From an uncultured Alcaligenaceae bacterium (GTDB lineage Bacteria > Planctomycetota > Planctomycetia > Gemmatales > Gemmataceae): a stretch of 64,000 nucleotides of DNA. Both the position numbers and the translations under genes were made by a program. The notes under the pieces are model-generated. The model did no database searches. It worked only from the letters and a program-made list of their open reading frames with translations, and was not told where the DNA came from. The DNA lies in contig CAZESP010000005.1 in the NCBI GenBank assembly GCA_964515185.1, positions 5,787 to 69,786 of the forward strand. Direction: 5' to 3'. Of the stretch, positions 19,550 through 29,998 are shown one piece after another (the first letter of the stretch is position 1; the number at the start of each line of letters is the position of its first letter).

Positions 19550-21856
19550 CTATCGGCTGAAGAACTCGCGCCGAATGTCGTTGAAGATCGTAAAGCCCAT
19601 TAACGACAACACGATGCCCAAGCCCGCGATCGTCAGCCAGAGTCGAATTCGGTCCGTCGGCGGTTTCCCGCGCAACCATTCGTAGATCAGAAAGACCATA
19701 TGGCCGCCGTCCAGAACGGGGATGGGCAAGAAATTCACCACGGCCAGGTTTGCACTAATCATGGCGATGAACAGGATGAAGTAATAGGTATCCTGGTCGG
19801 CAAGTTGATAAGCGGTCTTGGAAATGTTGATCGGTCCGCTCATCGCTTTCACGGATATTCGTCGAGTCAGCAAACTGTGTAGGGTGCGATAGATCTTGCT
19901 GACCGTCTCCACCGTTTCGCGAAACCCCAAGGTCACGGCGTCGCCTAGGCTCGTGGCTCGTTGCAATTGCGTGTCGGCGTCGAAACGGAACCCGCGATCG
20001 ACCATCGGCCACGTCGGGTCCTCGATCATCGTCACTTCGACGACGCGGTCCTTGTTCACGGTCAGCTTGACAGGCCCAACCAGATTCGCAAGTTGCAGTT
20101 CGTGGAAATAGAAGGCCCATTGGTCGTCTTTTACGGTTCGTTTGACCGTCCGCTGCTCGCCGTCGATGGTGAGAGTCACTTCGAGTTCATTGATAACGTC
20201 GTTGGCCTTGAGTCCCGCAGTCTCGGCGGGCGACCCGGGAATGACGGCGTCGATGACGGCCTGCACGCGATACCCCAGACCCAATCCACTGAGCGTGACC
20301 GGTGAATCCTGATTGCTGATCGGCGGGTCATCGGGAAGGTCGCGCGACGAATCCCAAGTCAGGTTGAGATCGACCGGCACTTGGCGCTGGTGACCCTCGG
20401 GGCGTAATACCGTGAGCTTCATCGAGCGATTCGCCGGCTTTGTGGCGGCCCACGCGGCCAATTCCATCGGTAATCGCAGCGGATCAAGCAGCCGGTCATT
20501 CGGCCCAGGTGCACTGGCGAATCGAACCGGCTTCCCCGAGGAGTCAGTTAGTTCAAGTGCGGTGAGGATGTCGCCCGGCTCTTTTTCCTTCACTTTGCGG
20601 GGGCGGACTCCCGCCGTGGCCGCCGGTGAGTTTTCGCGAACCGCCGTTACCTCGCCCATGCGCATGCGAACTCCAAACGTCGAGTAGAACGACGCCGGAA
20701 CGTTCACGTCGAAGGTCGATGGATTCGGACCATCCCGTTGAACTCGCACGGTAATGGGCTTCCCGGCCAGCATCAACAATCGTCGCTGAAGGTCGAAGAA
20801 GTCGAGCCGATCCGTCTCGGGGCGTCGCGGGTCCTTTGCCAGTGGAGTGACGCGGCTGGGGTCGGCCGGATCGGTCGCCGCGATGATTTTGTCGTGAAAC
20901 TCCAACGGCGGATTGGCACGGGCCGCCGCTGATCCGGCAGTGAACGGCGATTTGAGGTAGCGCCGATGCCTCACCATTTGAGGCAACCAGCCCGAGTACA
21001 CGCCGATCAGAGGGGCTAACCCCTCTTCGCTGCGAACCGGCTGAATCTCGGTCTCGGTGCGTCGCGACGAGCCATCGGGGCCATATTCGTCGAAGGTAAA
21101 TGGCAGCGGGCGATTCTCGCGTGAGGTGGCCACCTGGACCCGCAAGTCATCGAAGTGCGGGTTGGTTCGGCGTCCAACCACTCGCATGACCGAACCGCGC
21201 GTCAGGCCGGCCTGCCACGCGGGGCTGCCCGGTTCGACCCCGCCGACGACCGCCGGAATTCGCTCGACGCCGCGAGTCATGAACACGAATACGAACAAGG
21301 CCGCCGCCATGATGAGGTTCATCACCACGCCCGCGGAGATGATTATCATCCGTTGCCAGACGGGTTTGTTCTTGAAAGATCGCGGATCGTCCTCGGCCTC
21401 ATCGCCGTCGCCAGGCTCTCCGCCCTCGGCTCCCTCGCCGACCATCTTGACGTACCCGCCCAAGGGAATGATCGCCAGTTTGTACGAGGTTTCGCCGTAG
21501 CGGAACCGGCATCCGGGAATGGCCGGGCCGAACCCGATACTAAACGTTTGAACGTGGACGTCACACCATTTGGCCGCCAGGAAGTGCCCGAGTTCGTGAA
21601 TGAATATGACTGCCGTCAGACCCACGACCACCAGCCCGCCCGCGATGAGATTTCCCACCGGGTCCGACGATCGCGTGAACAGCATCACCAAGCCGGCGAC
21701 GATGAGCAAAACAAACGGTGCGTTCCGCAAGAACCAAGCCGAAAGCGTTACGGCTTCGTCGGCATCGTTCGGGGTCGCCGGGCTTATTGAGGGGCCGGGC
21801 TGGGCACCGGCCGCGGGGTTCGTCGAGTCCAACGCGCTACCTCCTGCCGGGCCCAT
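19550..21856 (-). CDS. rseP: RIP metalloprotease RseP (site-2 protease) with PDZ domains
   Basis: 'HELGHF' HExxH motif in a TM helix. Central PDZ-like segments. C-terminal 'NFLPIPVLDGGH' is an LDG motif. The true start is probably downstream of 21856 because the ORF overlaps dxr. Confidence 0.85.
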   Translation of the reverse strand: MGPAGGSALDSTNPAAGAQPGPSISPATPNDADEAVTLSAWFLRNAPFVLLIVAGLVMLFTRSSDPVGNLIAGGLVVVGLTAVIFIHELGHFLAAKWCDVHVQTFSIGFGPAIPGCRFRYGETSYKLAIIPLGGYVKMVGEGAEGGEPGDGDEAEDDPRSFKNKPVWQRMIIISAGVVMNLIMAAALFVFVFMTRGVERIPAVVGGVEPGSPAWQAGLTRGSVMRVVGRRTNPHFDDLRVQVATSRENRPLPFTFDEYGPDGSSRRTETEIQPVRSEEGLAPLIGVYSGWLPQMVRHRRYLKSPFTAGSAAARANPPLEFHDKIIAATDPADPSRVTPLAKDPRRPETDRLDFFDLQRRLLMLAGKPITVRVQRDGPNPSTFDVNVPASFYSTFGVRMRMGEVTAVRENSPAATAGVRPRKVKEKEPGDILTALELTDSSGKPVRFASAPGPNDRLLDPLRLPMELAAWAATKPANRSMKLTVLRPEGHQRQVPVDLNLTWDSSRDLPDDPPISNQDSPVTLSGLGLGYRVQAVIDAVIPGSPAETAGLKANDVINELEVTLTIDGEQRTVKRTVKDDQWAFYFHELQLANLVGPVKLTVNKDRVVEVTMIEDPTWPMVDRGFRFDADTQLQRATSLGDAVTLGFRETVETVSKIYRTLHSLLTRRISVKAMSGPINISKTAYQLADQDTYYFILFIAMISANLAVVNFLPIPVLDGGHMVFLIYEWLRGKPPTDRIRLWLTIAGLGIVLSLMGFTIFNDIRREFFSR

Positions 21857-23004
21857 CGATCGGCGGCCAGCAACTCCTCCAGCGCCGGATGAGGGCTGAA
21901 ATGATGCTGATCGAGAACCGCTCGGCAGACCTCGGGAATCTCCAAGAAAGACAGACTTCCATTCAAGAATCGGCCAACTGCCGCCTCGTTGGCGGCATTC
22001 AGGACCGCGCCGCAGGTCCCGCCCTGCTGCGCCACTTCATAACCCAAGTCGAGCGCCGGAAAGGCCGATCGATCCGGCGGCTCGAAGTGAATCGCCCGCA
22101 ACTCGTTCCAATCGAGCCGGCGGGCCGGACCACGCACGCGATCCGGATAGGTCAATGCATATTGAATCGGCAACCGCATGTCGGGCGGAGATAACTGCGC
22201 CAGGATCGAGCCATCCGTGAACTCGACGAAGGAATGAATCAATGACTCCGGGTGAATAATCACGTCGATCTTGTCGGGCGGCAACCCGAACAACCAGCGA
22301 GCTTCAATGACCTCGAGCGACTTGTTCATCAGCGTCGCGGAATCAACCGTGATCTTCTGCCCCATCCGCCACGTCGGATGGTTTAATGCCTCGTCGACCG
22401 TGACCGTCGTCAATTCGTCGCGCGTTCGTCCCCGAAACGGCCCACCGCTGGCTGTCAACACAAGGCGTTCAACCTCATCCGGGCGGCTGCCCGACATCGC
22501 CTGAAATATGGCGCTATGTTCGCTATCGACCGGCAACAATTTTCCGCCACGATCTCGGGCCAATTGCGTGACCAGTGCGCCGGCGACCACCAGCGTCTCT
22601 TTGTTTGCCAAGGCGACGGTCTTTCCTGCTCGAAGCGCCTCCCAGGTGCCTGCCAGTCCGGCGGCTCCCACGATGGCCGACACGACGACATCGACTGAAG
22701 GATCGCTCACCATCCGCGCGACCCCGGCATCACCCAAGAGGAGTTCCGTGCCCGACGGAAGCTGGGCCGGCGATGCGCGGCGTGCCGTCTCCGGATCGGT
22801 CACCACGACCCACCGAGGCCGATGCCGGTGGGCTTGATGAACCAATTCGTCCCAGTTGCGATGAGCGCTGATTCCTTCAAGTCTTAGCCGCTCGGGAAGG
22901 TGTGTGATGACATCGAGGCAATTCGTCCCGATCGAGCCGGTGGATCCGAGCACAACGACTCGGCGTTGTTTCGGCGTTCGATTTGTCGCGACAACATCAG
23001 TCAC
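21784..23004 (-). CDS. dxr: 1-deoxy-D-xylulose 5-phosphate reductoisomerase
   Basis: 'VVVLGSTGSIGTNCLDV', 'LANKETLV' and 'PVDSEHSAIFQ' are Dxr hallmarks. The ORF extends to 23151 but the conserved N-terminus starts near 23004. Classic dxr-rseP adjacency. Confidence 0.85.
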   Translation of the reverse strand: MTDVVATNRTPKQRRVVVLGSTGSIGTNCLDVITHLPERLRLEGISAHRNWDELVHQAHRHRPRWVVVTDPETARRASPAQLPSGTELLLGDAGVARMVSDPSVDVVVSAIVGAAGLAGTWEALRAGKTVALANKETLVVAGALVTQLARDRGGKLLPVDSEHSAIFQAMSGSRPDEVERLVLTASGGPFRGRTRDELTTVTVDEALNHPTWRMGQKITVDSATLMNKSLEVIEARWLFGLPPDKIDVIIHPESLIHSFVEFTDGSILAQLSPPDMRLPIQYALTYPDRVRGPARRLDWNELRAIHFEPPDRSAFPALDLGYEVAQQGGTCGAVLNAANEAAVGRFLNGSLSFLEIPEVCRAVLDQHHFSPHPALEELLAADRWARQEVARWTRRTPRPVPSPAPQ

Positions 23005-23208
23005 ACAGCACCGGCAACGGATATCCGAAAAACCACGACGACTCCGCCCAGGCCATCGCCCCGAACACGGTGAGTCATTGTATTCCGTGATGGGAAAAAG
23101 CCGCAAGGCCGAGGCGCCCAGCGCGAGCCATTTGCATGGGGCGCCGCACAATAGGCTGCATGGCAGCGGATAGTTGACCGATACAAGCTCATTGTCGGGG
23201 GAAGACAG

Positions 23209-23631
23209 ATGACCCTATTGATCCGCGATTATTGCGCCCTGGATTACGAACCCGTCGTGGCCCTTTGGTGCGAGTGCTTCCCCGAGATCATCGAGGGCGA
23301 GACGGCTTTCCAAAAGATGTTGGCGCGAAAACTCGCGTTCCAGCCCCACCCGTTTCTGGTTGCCGTCACGGGCGACCGTGTCGTGGGCACGGCTGTGGGC
23401 GGCATGGACGGTATCTGCGCCTGGGTCTACCTCGTCGCGGTCCACCCCAGTGCGCGGCGGCAATCGGTCGGTTCGCAATTGGTTCGTGGCGTCGTCGATC
23501 GGCTTCGCGACATGGGTGCCGACAAGGTCGCTTTGCAATACTTCGAGGCGAGGCCGGAGCTGCGACAATTCTACGAGTCGCTCGGTTTCAAGGTGGAACC
23601 ACGAGTCACCATGGGACAACGAGTCGGGTAG
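23209..23631 (+). CDS. GNAT family N-acetyltransferase
   Basis: 'VGTAVGGMDGICAWVYLVAVHPSARRQSVGSQLVRGVVDRLRDMGADKV' is a GNAT motif A/B region. Confidence 0.75.
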   Translation: MTLLIRDYCALDYEPVVALWCECFPEIIEGETAFQKMLARKLAFQPHPFLVAVTGDRVVGTAVGGMDGICAWVYLVAVHPSARRQSVGSQLVRGVVDRLRDMGADKVALQYFEARPELRQFYESLGFKVEPRVTMGQRVG

Positions 23632-23789
23632 GAAACTATGTGTCTTGACTGCAAAGACATTCGCGAAGAAAATCACGAATACGAGAAAACAAATGGCGAC
23701 GATCGTATCGCAGACCTTAGCATGGTGAAGGTGGCGGTTTCATCGGCACCACTTCCTTACAATTGAGAATCCATTGAAAGGAGAAAACC

Positions 23790-24530
23790 GTGGCAAAGAA
23801 GGCTTTGATCGTTGTCGGCAGTTTCCGTTGGGAAAGTTCATATTATGTTGAGGCTGCCGCAGGGGTGGTTGCCCTCGGTGGAACGGCGATAGGCCATTAC
23901 GGTTGGCCGGCAGTCGTTGCACCATACTGTCCGGCAATCATTGCATTTGCTGGATTCACCGTCGTCATGAAACATATAGTTGACTACGGGTATGACTCGC
24001 ACGCGTCCAATGTAATGGAAAGTGAAATCAACTTCGCCGTGAGCCGTTTGTTCAACATCTATGGTTCCCGAAATGTCGACGTCCTTGTTGAACCCAAAAA
24101 GGAGAAGTTGTTGTATCCTGTGTTGAGAAAATCTGCCGCGGACCTTGAGACCGTGGTTTTTTTTGGTCACGGAGCTGAACTTGCAGCGGGAGTCGCCATC
24201 AACAAGACAGAAATGCTCGGTGCGGCCGACTTGAAACAGTTTTCGTTTCCGAGCATGACGTATTGCTATTTCTATTCATGCTATCAAGGCAATCATGAAG
24301 AAGCGTGGAAGTCAGCGTTCGGCGGGCAAGTAGAATCCGCCTACATTGGCGACGTCAAAGTGATGGGGTTTGACCAACCCAACATCGGCATCATTTTTGG
24401 TGGGTTTACGTGGGCCAAGGTTCCTTCGTCGCAGTGCGCTGAGTTCCATAAATTTCTTAACACAATAGCAGAGTCCAAGAAAGACACTCAAATGAGGAAT
24501 GAACGTATAGATCCCAGAGTTCCTCGATAG
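23790..24530 (+). CDS. hypothetical protein in an AT-rich islet; possible clan-CD (caspase-like) cysteine peptidase fold
   Basis: GTG start with AAGGAG 8 nt upstream. 'KKALIVVGSF', 'VVFFGHGAE' and 'CYFYSCYQG' give a His-Gly ... Cys spacing reminiscent of caspase/legumain-like enzymes. Composition differs markedly from the flanks. Confidence 0.5.
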   Translation: MAKKALIVVGSFRWESSYYVEAAAGVVALGGTAIGHYGWPAVVAPYCPAIIAFAGFTVVMKHIVDYGYDSHASNVMESEINFAVSRLFNIYGSRNVDVLVEPKKEKLLYPVLRKSAADLETVVFFGHGAELAAGVAINKTEMLGAADLKQFSFPSMTYCYFYSCYQGNHEEAWKSAFGGQVESAYIGDVKVMGFDQPNIGIIFGGFTWAKVPSSQCAEFHKFLNTIAESKKDTQMRNERIDPRVPR

Positions 24531-24668
24531 GATGGAATCAAGACTATCGAAATGGCTGGCATTCTGTATCGTCCAGAGCATCGAGGAGTCGCACGAGAAC
24601 CTCGATCCCACCAGTTGTCTTGGAATTAACGATTCAATGACCGTTTCCTTCTGACCGCGAGCCATCAC

Positions 24669-25226
24669 ATGAACCGGAATTTGTTGCAGTTTCTCCTCGT
24701 CGCATGGATTGCGGGTTATCCGTTGATGGTGTCGGCAGATGATGCCAAGATCGAACCGGGTTTCGCGGCCCTATTCAACGGCAATAACCTCGATGGCTGG
24801 AGAGAGGCGAGCGGCAAAAAAGCGCCGTTGGAAGGGAAGGCCGACGCCTTCGCCGGCCGGTTCAAGGTGACCGATGGCCGTCTCGTGATCGACCCAGCCG
24901 TCAAGGGCGACTTGCACATCGAGTCGGTCAGGGAGTTTGCCAAGGACGTCCATATCAAGTTCGAGTTTAAGCCCGGGCCAAAGTGCAACAACGACCTGTT
25001 TCTGCGTGGCACCAAGTTCGACATCGTCCCTGGAAACAAGGAGAACAAGGCCGTCAAGGAAGGCCAATGGTACGAGTTCGAGATCGTCGTTAGCGGCGAC
25101 AAGATCGAGCACAGGGTAAACGGCGAGGTCGTTCGCACCGCGAAGGCCGGTCCCAAACCGACAGCGTTTCGCATTCGGGCCGAGTTTGGAGCCATTGAGT
25201 TTCGCAATCTCCGCGTAAAAGAATAA
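24669..25226 (+). CDS. DUF1080 (3-keto-disaccharide hydrolase-like / LamG-like jellyroll) secreted protein
   Basis: Signal peptide. 'LFNGNNLDGWREASGKK' and 'FKVTDGRLVI' match the DUF1080 N-terminal consensus (FNGKDLsGW..., W.v.DG.L). Confidence 0.7.
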   Translation: MNRNLLQFLLVAWIAGYPLMVSADDAKIEPGFAALFNGNNLDGWREASGKKAPLEGKADAFAGRFKVTDGRLVIDPAVKGDLHIESVREFAKDVHIKFEFKPGPKCNNDLFLRGTKFDIVPGNKENKAVKEGQWYEFEIVVSGDKIEHRVNGEVVRTAKAGPKPTAFRIRAEFGAIEFRNLRVKE

Positions 25227-25417
25227 CCACGGGGCTGGTCATCGGCTGCCCGAGTCCGCGCGCGAATTAGCCATGATACGCCTGGAAACCGTGTGGAATG
25301 ACCGCTCATTCCCGATGAAATCGCGTTTCCTCGATCCGGCACGTTGATTGCTCTTCAGATGAGTCGAACGCCTGACGCGGAGTGTTGGGCGGGGTCATTT
25401 AGCGTGAGAGCCAATCG

Positions 25418-26413
25418 ATGTGCTGTCCTGGTCGCCGTGCGTTCACCTTGATCGAGTTACTGGTCGTGATCGCCATCGTGGCCATTCTGATTGGGCTACT
25501 TTTGCCGGCGATTCAGCGCGTGCGAGAATCAGCCAATCGGATGAAGTGCTCCAACAACCTCAAGCAGATCGCATTGGCGATCCACAGTCACGAAAACGCC
25601 TATTCGGTCTTGCCGTATTCCAAGCGTGATGTGCTTCCGCAACGGAGCTGGGCGCCGGATTTGTTGCCGTTTCTCGATCAATCGAACATGGTGGCGAGCG
25701 CCTATTTCAATCTGAACGAAAACTGGTGGCGCACCGTCGGCCAGGTCCCGCCCAATGTCGGGCTTCCGATTCCGAATGGGCTGACGGCGCGGCTGCCCCT
25801 TGCGGTTTTCAATTGCCCGAGTACGCCGTCGTCGCCCCGGATGCAAAGCAAGAAAGAGAATCCGCCCGAGCAGGACAAAATCGGTTCGTGCGGCGATTAT
25901 TTCGTGACCGAGGGGGTTCATCTTGCGATCAACAACGAGTTGGCACCGGCGGATCGGATTCCACCCGGTATTGATCTTCGCGGAGCCTTGCGCCGTCACT
26001 CCGAGGGTCCGAATACGTTTGCTCAGATCACCGATGGCACGTCCACCACGATCCTGCTTGCCGAATGCGCCGGTCGCGAGGATATTTGGCGTGGGCGTTC
26101 GATGACACCCGCGCAAACCAATACCGCATTGCCGAACGTGGCCCGTGCCCGTGGCGGAGCGTGGGCCACGAATGACAATCCCTACGAGATCGGACAACGC
26201 ATCCAGTGGCCATCGGGAATCATCCCCGGTAGCGTCCCGATGACGATGAACTCATCCAATGAATGGGGCTTTCTGTTTTACAGCTTTCATCCGGGCGGCA
26301 CGAATGCGGCCTTCTGTGACGGCTCAGTGCGATTCCTTCGTGAAGCGGTACCGCTGAAAACCATCGCGGCATTCGTCACCCGAGCCGGTGGCGAGGTCGT
26401 CAACGCCGATTAG
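25418..26413 (+). CDS. DUF1559 domain protein with prepilin-type N-terminal cleavage/methylation domain
   Basis: 'RAFTLIELLVVIAIVAILIGLLLPAIQRVRESANRMKCSNNLKQIALAIHSHEN' and the C-terminal 'HPGGTNAAFCDGSVRFL' H-X9-DG motif. Confidence 0.85.
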   Translation: MCCPGRRAFTLIELLVVIAIVAILIGLLLPAIQRVRESANRMKCSNNLKQIALAIHSHENAYSVLPYSKRDVLPQRSWAPDLLPFLDQSNMVASAYFNLNENWWRTVGQVPPNVGLPIPNGLTARLPLAVFNCPSTPSSPRMQSKKENPPEQDKIGSCGDYFVTEGVHLAINNELAPADRIPPGIDLRGALRRHSEGPNTFAQITDGTSTTILLAECAGREDIWRGRSMTPAQTNTALPNVARARGGAWATNDNPYEIGQRIQWPSGIIPGSVPMTMNSSNEWGFLFYSFHPGGTNAAFCDGSVRFLREAVPLKTIAAFVTRAGGEVVNAD

Positions 26414-26530
26414 CCGAGCCGTTCGTGAACTGAACAATGATTCCCCGGATGCGGGTTAGCGGTGCCACCGGCTCGCTCCTGGCGCAAGTCGTGGCATTGG
26501 CGAACCACAACGCCATGATCTAAACTGTCG

Positions 26531-29164
26531 TTGATGCGATCAACGACGATAGAGCAACTGTTTGAGCGACAGGTTATCACCACACCCGAGCGGATAGCAG
26601 TCGACTCGGGTACGCGCTCGTGGACTTATGGCGAGTTGAACGCATACTCCAATCGACTTGCACGCCACCTGCGCCGACTCGGAGTGGGACCGGATGTGGC
26701 GGTTGGCATTTGCGTGGATCGGTCGCCCGAGATGATGGCCGCCGTGGTCGCAGTCCTCAAGGCCGGCGGCGCCTATGTTCCCTTCGATCCGTATTATCCG
26801 GAGCGGCGTCTAAATGAGATGTTCGACGACGCCCAAATCGCGGTCATGTTGACATCATCGGGAATGCGCGATCGCTGGCGACGCCTTTCATGCAATCTGG
26901 TTTTTCTCGATGACGCCACGAGCGCGTGGCATGCCGAGTCGGCAAGCAACCCCGACCCGTCGTCGCGGGACGATCGCCTTGCCTACATCATTTACACGTC
27001 GGGATCGACAGGCCAGCCCAAGGGCGTGGCCATGGGGCAACCAGCCCTGGTGAACTTGATCCGCTGGCAACTTGGCGCGTCGACTGCACCCAAGGGCGCT
27101 CGCACTTTGCAATACTCGTCACTCGGTTTCGACGTGTCATTCCAAGAGATGTTCGCGACATGGTGTTCGGGCGGCGAACTCGTTCTTATTCAGGAATCTC
27201 TGCGACATGAACCTTCGGCGATGGTCGATTACATGACGCGTCATCGCGTCCAGCGGTTGTTTGTCCCGTTCATTGCGTTGCAACGGATAGCCGATGCAGC
27301 CGAGGGACGCTCCGAGGTGCTGCCCGATCTTTGCGAAGTGATTACTGCCGGCGAGCAGTTGCGAATCACGCCGCGAATCGCCGGGTTCTTCCAACAGCGG
27401 CCCCGATGCGTTCTTCAAAATCATTACGGCCCAACCGAAAGCCATGTGGTGACGGCGTATGTCATGGATGGCCCCGCGACGCAATGGCCGGCCCTTCCGC
27501 CAATCGGCCAACCGATCGAAAACACCTACGTCCGCATTCTCGATGAGCAACTGCAACCGGTAGCCGTCGGCGACGTGGGCGAGCTGTTCATCGGTGGCTC
27601 CGGTTTGGCTCGCGGTTACATCAATCGCCCGGAACTTACCGCTCAGAGGTTCATTGCCGATCCGTGGGGCAATCCCGGCAGCAGACTCTATCGCACCGGC
27701 GACCTCGCCAAACAGATGCCCGATGGCAACTACGAATTCCTGGGTCGTGCCGATTATCAAGTGAAGATCAGCGGATACCGGGTCGAATTGGGTGAAATCG
27801 AAGCCCACCTCAGCCAGGCGCCCGGAGTGCGCGAGGTGGTCGTAACATGTCCCACGATTCAAGGTGAACGCCGGCTCGTCGCCTATTTGGTTTTCGAAGG
27901 CGACGCGCGGCCGGCCAATCCCGCGCTTCGGGCCTTCTTGCTCGATCGACTACCCGCTTACATGATTCCATCGGCGTTCGTGATCCTGGACGCGCTTCCT
28001 TTGTCGCCCAACGGCAAAGTGGATCGGCAGGCGTTGCCCGCGCCGCCGACGGATCGGCCTGATCTGGGATTTGCCGCCGTTGCCCCACGATCGAATCTGG
28101 AACGCGAGATCGCCGAGGTTTGGGGCGAGGTTCTCGGCATCAGCCGCGTTGGCACCACCGACACCTTCGGCGACTTGGGTGGCAATTCTCTCCAGGCGGC
28201 TGACATGTTCGTCGCGGTTCGTCGCCGCCTCGGTCGTCAACCGCCGACATCAGCCCTGACACGCGAATTGACCGTTGCCAAGTTGGCTGCGATTCTCGAC
28301 TCGGGTCACTCGTCGGTGGAGTCATCCGCGCTGGTGCCGCTTCGTCCCAAAGGAAATCGTTTTCCGCTGTATCTCGTGCATGGCATCGGCGGGCAGGTTC
28401 TCAACTTTGCCCCATTGGTGAATCACCTTGGCGACAATCAACCCGTCTTCGGGTTACAGGTTCCCGTCACGGGTGCCGCCGGCATCCGGTTCTCGACCAT
28501 CGAGGAGATGGCGGCTCGGTACATGCGCGAGGTACTCCAACTCGGAATGGCCGGCCCGTTTCAACTGGGCGGCTTCTCGCTCGGTGGGACCGTCGCCTTT
28601 GAAATGGCGCAACAGCTCACTGCCGCCGGTCACCGTGTCTCGAAACTGATTATCATCGACGAACCCGCGACGGGACTCGGTCCGCCGCCGCCGCAGTTTC
28701 AATCGGTCGCCCGGTTCTTGCGGAATTTGGGCCCGTGGTTCTCCGAGGAAATGCGCCATAATACGGCGAAGCAAATGGTCACCCGATTCCGAAGAAAGAT
28801 CCTCAATCGGTTGCGGCGCTCCATACCGGCAGCCCCATCGCAACAAATCGATCAAGCTCACCGGGACGTTTCGGCCTGGATCGACCCACGACTCCCGGCC
28901 GAATTTCGCTCCTTCTGCGAGCACAACTACCGGATTCTGATGAACTATCGGCCGAAGCGTTACCGTGGCTCCATCGTGGTCATTCGCGCTTCGGCCCAGC
29001 CCTTGTTTTCAACATCTGAAACCGATCTCGGTTGGGGCCGACTGGCGGAGGGCGGCGTTGTGACTCATGTGATAAGAGGCTCTCACGACTCAATTCTGCG
29101 AGAGCCAGACGTTGGTCGAATGGCCGATGCCTTGCGTTCGGTGCTGGCCGCGGGGCCGATTTGA
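26531..29164 (+). CDS. NRPS-like enzyme: adenylation domain, carrier (PCP) domain and thioesterase domain (A-T-TE)
   Basis: A-domain cores 'YTSGSTGQPKGV', 'YGPTE', 'YRTGDL' and 'GRADYQVKISGYRVELGEIE'. Carrier motif 'LGGNSLQAA', with Asn in place of the usual His. TE 'GGFSLGG' (GxSxG). Confidence 0.8.
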   Translation: MMRSTTIEQLFERQVITTPERIAVDSGTRSWTYGELNAYSNRLARHLRRLGVGPDVAVGICVDRSPEMMAAVVAVLKAGGAYVPFDPYYPERRLNEMFDDAQIAVMLTSSGMRDRWRRLSCNLVFLDDATSAWHAESASNPDPSSRDDRLAYIIYTSGSTGQPKGVAMGQPALVNLIRWQLGASTAPKGARTLQYSSLGFDVSFQEMFATWCSGGELVLIQESLRHEPSAMVDYMTRHRVQRLFVPFIALQRIADAAEGRSEVLPDLCEVITAGEQLRITPRIAGFFQQRPRCVLQNHYGPTESHVVTAYVMDGPATQWPALPPIGQPIENTYVRILDEQLQPVAVGDVGELFIGGSGLARGYINRPELTAQRFIADPWGNPGSRLYRTGDLAKQMPDGNYEFLGRADYQVKISGYRVELGEIEAHLSQAPGVREVVVTCPTIQGERRLVAYLVFEGDARPANPALRAFLLDRLPAYMIPSAFVILDALPLSPNGKVDRQALPAPPTDRPDLGFAAVAPRSNLEREIAEVWGEVLGISRVGTTDTFGDLGGNSLQAADMFVAVRRRLGRQPPTSALTRELTVAKLAAILDSGHSSVESSALVPLRPKGNRFPLYLVHGIGGQVLNFAPLVNHLGDNQPVFGLQVPVTGAAGIRFSTIEEMAARYMREVLQLGMAGPFQLGGFSLGGTVAFEMAQQLTAAGHRVSKLIIIDEPATGLGPPPPQFQSVARFLRNLGPWFSEEMRHNTAKQMVTRFRRKILNRLRRSIPAAPSQQIDQAHRDVSAWIDPRLPAEFRSFCEHNYRILMNYRPKRYRGSIVVIRASAQPLFSTSETDLGWGRLAEGGVVTHVIRGSHDSILREPDVGRMADALRSVLAAGPI

Positions 29165-29250
29165 CACGGGCTTCGCCGATCACGACAATCAACGGCGGTC
29201 GTTCATCGCGGCGTGTGGCAAGAATCTTGACCAAGCCCCAGGGAGCGTCG

Positions 29251-29952
29251 ATGATTTCGTTTGTGGTTCCCGCTCACAATGAGGAACGCCACCTGGGGGC
29301 GACCCTCGTTGCGCTTCAGTCAGCGGCGCGGGACGTGGGTGAGCCATACGAGATTATTGTTGTCGATGACGCGTCCACGGATGGCACTGCGACGATCGCT
29401 CGGGAGCATGGGGCCCGCGTCATTTCGGTGCAACACCGGCACATCGCTGCGACGCGGAACGCCGGCGCCAAAGCGGCTCGCGGCGACGTTTTCTTTTTTG
29501 TCGATGCCGATACCCAAGCGAATGCCGCCGCCATTCGTGCGGGCCTGCGTGCCATCAAGTCGGGCGCGGCCGGTGGCGGTTGTGCCTTTCGCTATGATGG
29601 GCACTTGCCATGGTGGGGCCGGCTTCTGTATCCGGTGGGCATCGCGGTTGGCCGAATCCGAAGAATCGTCGGGGGGGCCTTTCTTTTTTGTCCGCGATCC
29701 CATTTCGAAGCTGTGGGCGGCTTCAATATCCGCTATTTTGCCGCCGAGGACCTTGCCCTCATCAAGGCGCTCAAGAAACGTGGGCGATTTGTCATCCCGC
29801 GTGAAACGGTGCTGACCTCGAGCCGAAAGATCGACAAGGTTTCGCTCGGTCGAGTGCTACGAATGCTGCTGAAACTGATCATTCATGGCGAAGAGGCCTA
29901 CCGGAGTCGAGAAGGCCTCGAGTTGTGGTACGGACCGGAAGCCAGGCAATAA
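29251..29952 (+). CDS. glycosyltransferase family 2
   Basis: 'ISFVVPAHNEERHL', 'VVDDASTDGT' and 'FVDADT' (DxD). The start is at the internal ATG; the ORF is open from 29032. Confidence 0.75.
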   Translation: MISFVVPAHNEERHLGATLVALQSAARDVGEPYEIIVVDDASTDGTATIAREHGARVISVQHRHIAATRNAGAKAARGDVFFFVDADTQANAAAIRAGLRAIKSGAAGGGCAFRYDGHLPWWGRLLYPVGIAVGRIRRIVGGAFLFCPRSHFEAVGGFNIRYFAAEDLALIKALKKRGRFVIPRETVLTSSRKIDKVSLGRVLRMLLKLIIHGEEAYRSREGLELWYGPEARQ

Positions 29953-29998
29953 CGCGGGGGCGGTAGGCGAACGGCGATTCTGCCAAGGAGTTCGTGGC

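Noticed and set aside
21784-21856. Apparent 70-nt overlap of the rseP and dxr coding regions
   Set aside because: This is most likely a start-codon over-extension of rseP from ORF-calling rather than a genuine long overlap. The true rseP start is probably downstream.
22900-23200. ORFs 22904..23173 (+) and 23001..23192 (-)
   Set aside because: They fall in the dxr 5' over-extension and intergenic region, show no family similarity, and overlap on opposite strands.
29032-29250. 5' extension of the glycosyltransferase ORF
   Set aside because: The conserved GT2 N-terminus ('MISFVVPAHNE') starts at the internal ATG. The extension overlaps the end of the NRPS-like gene.
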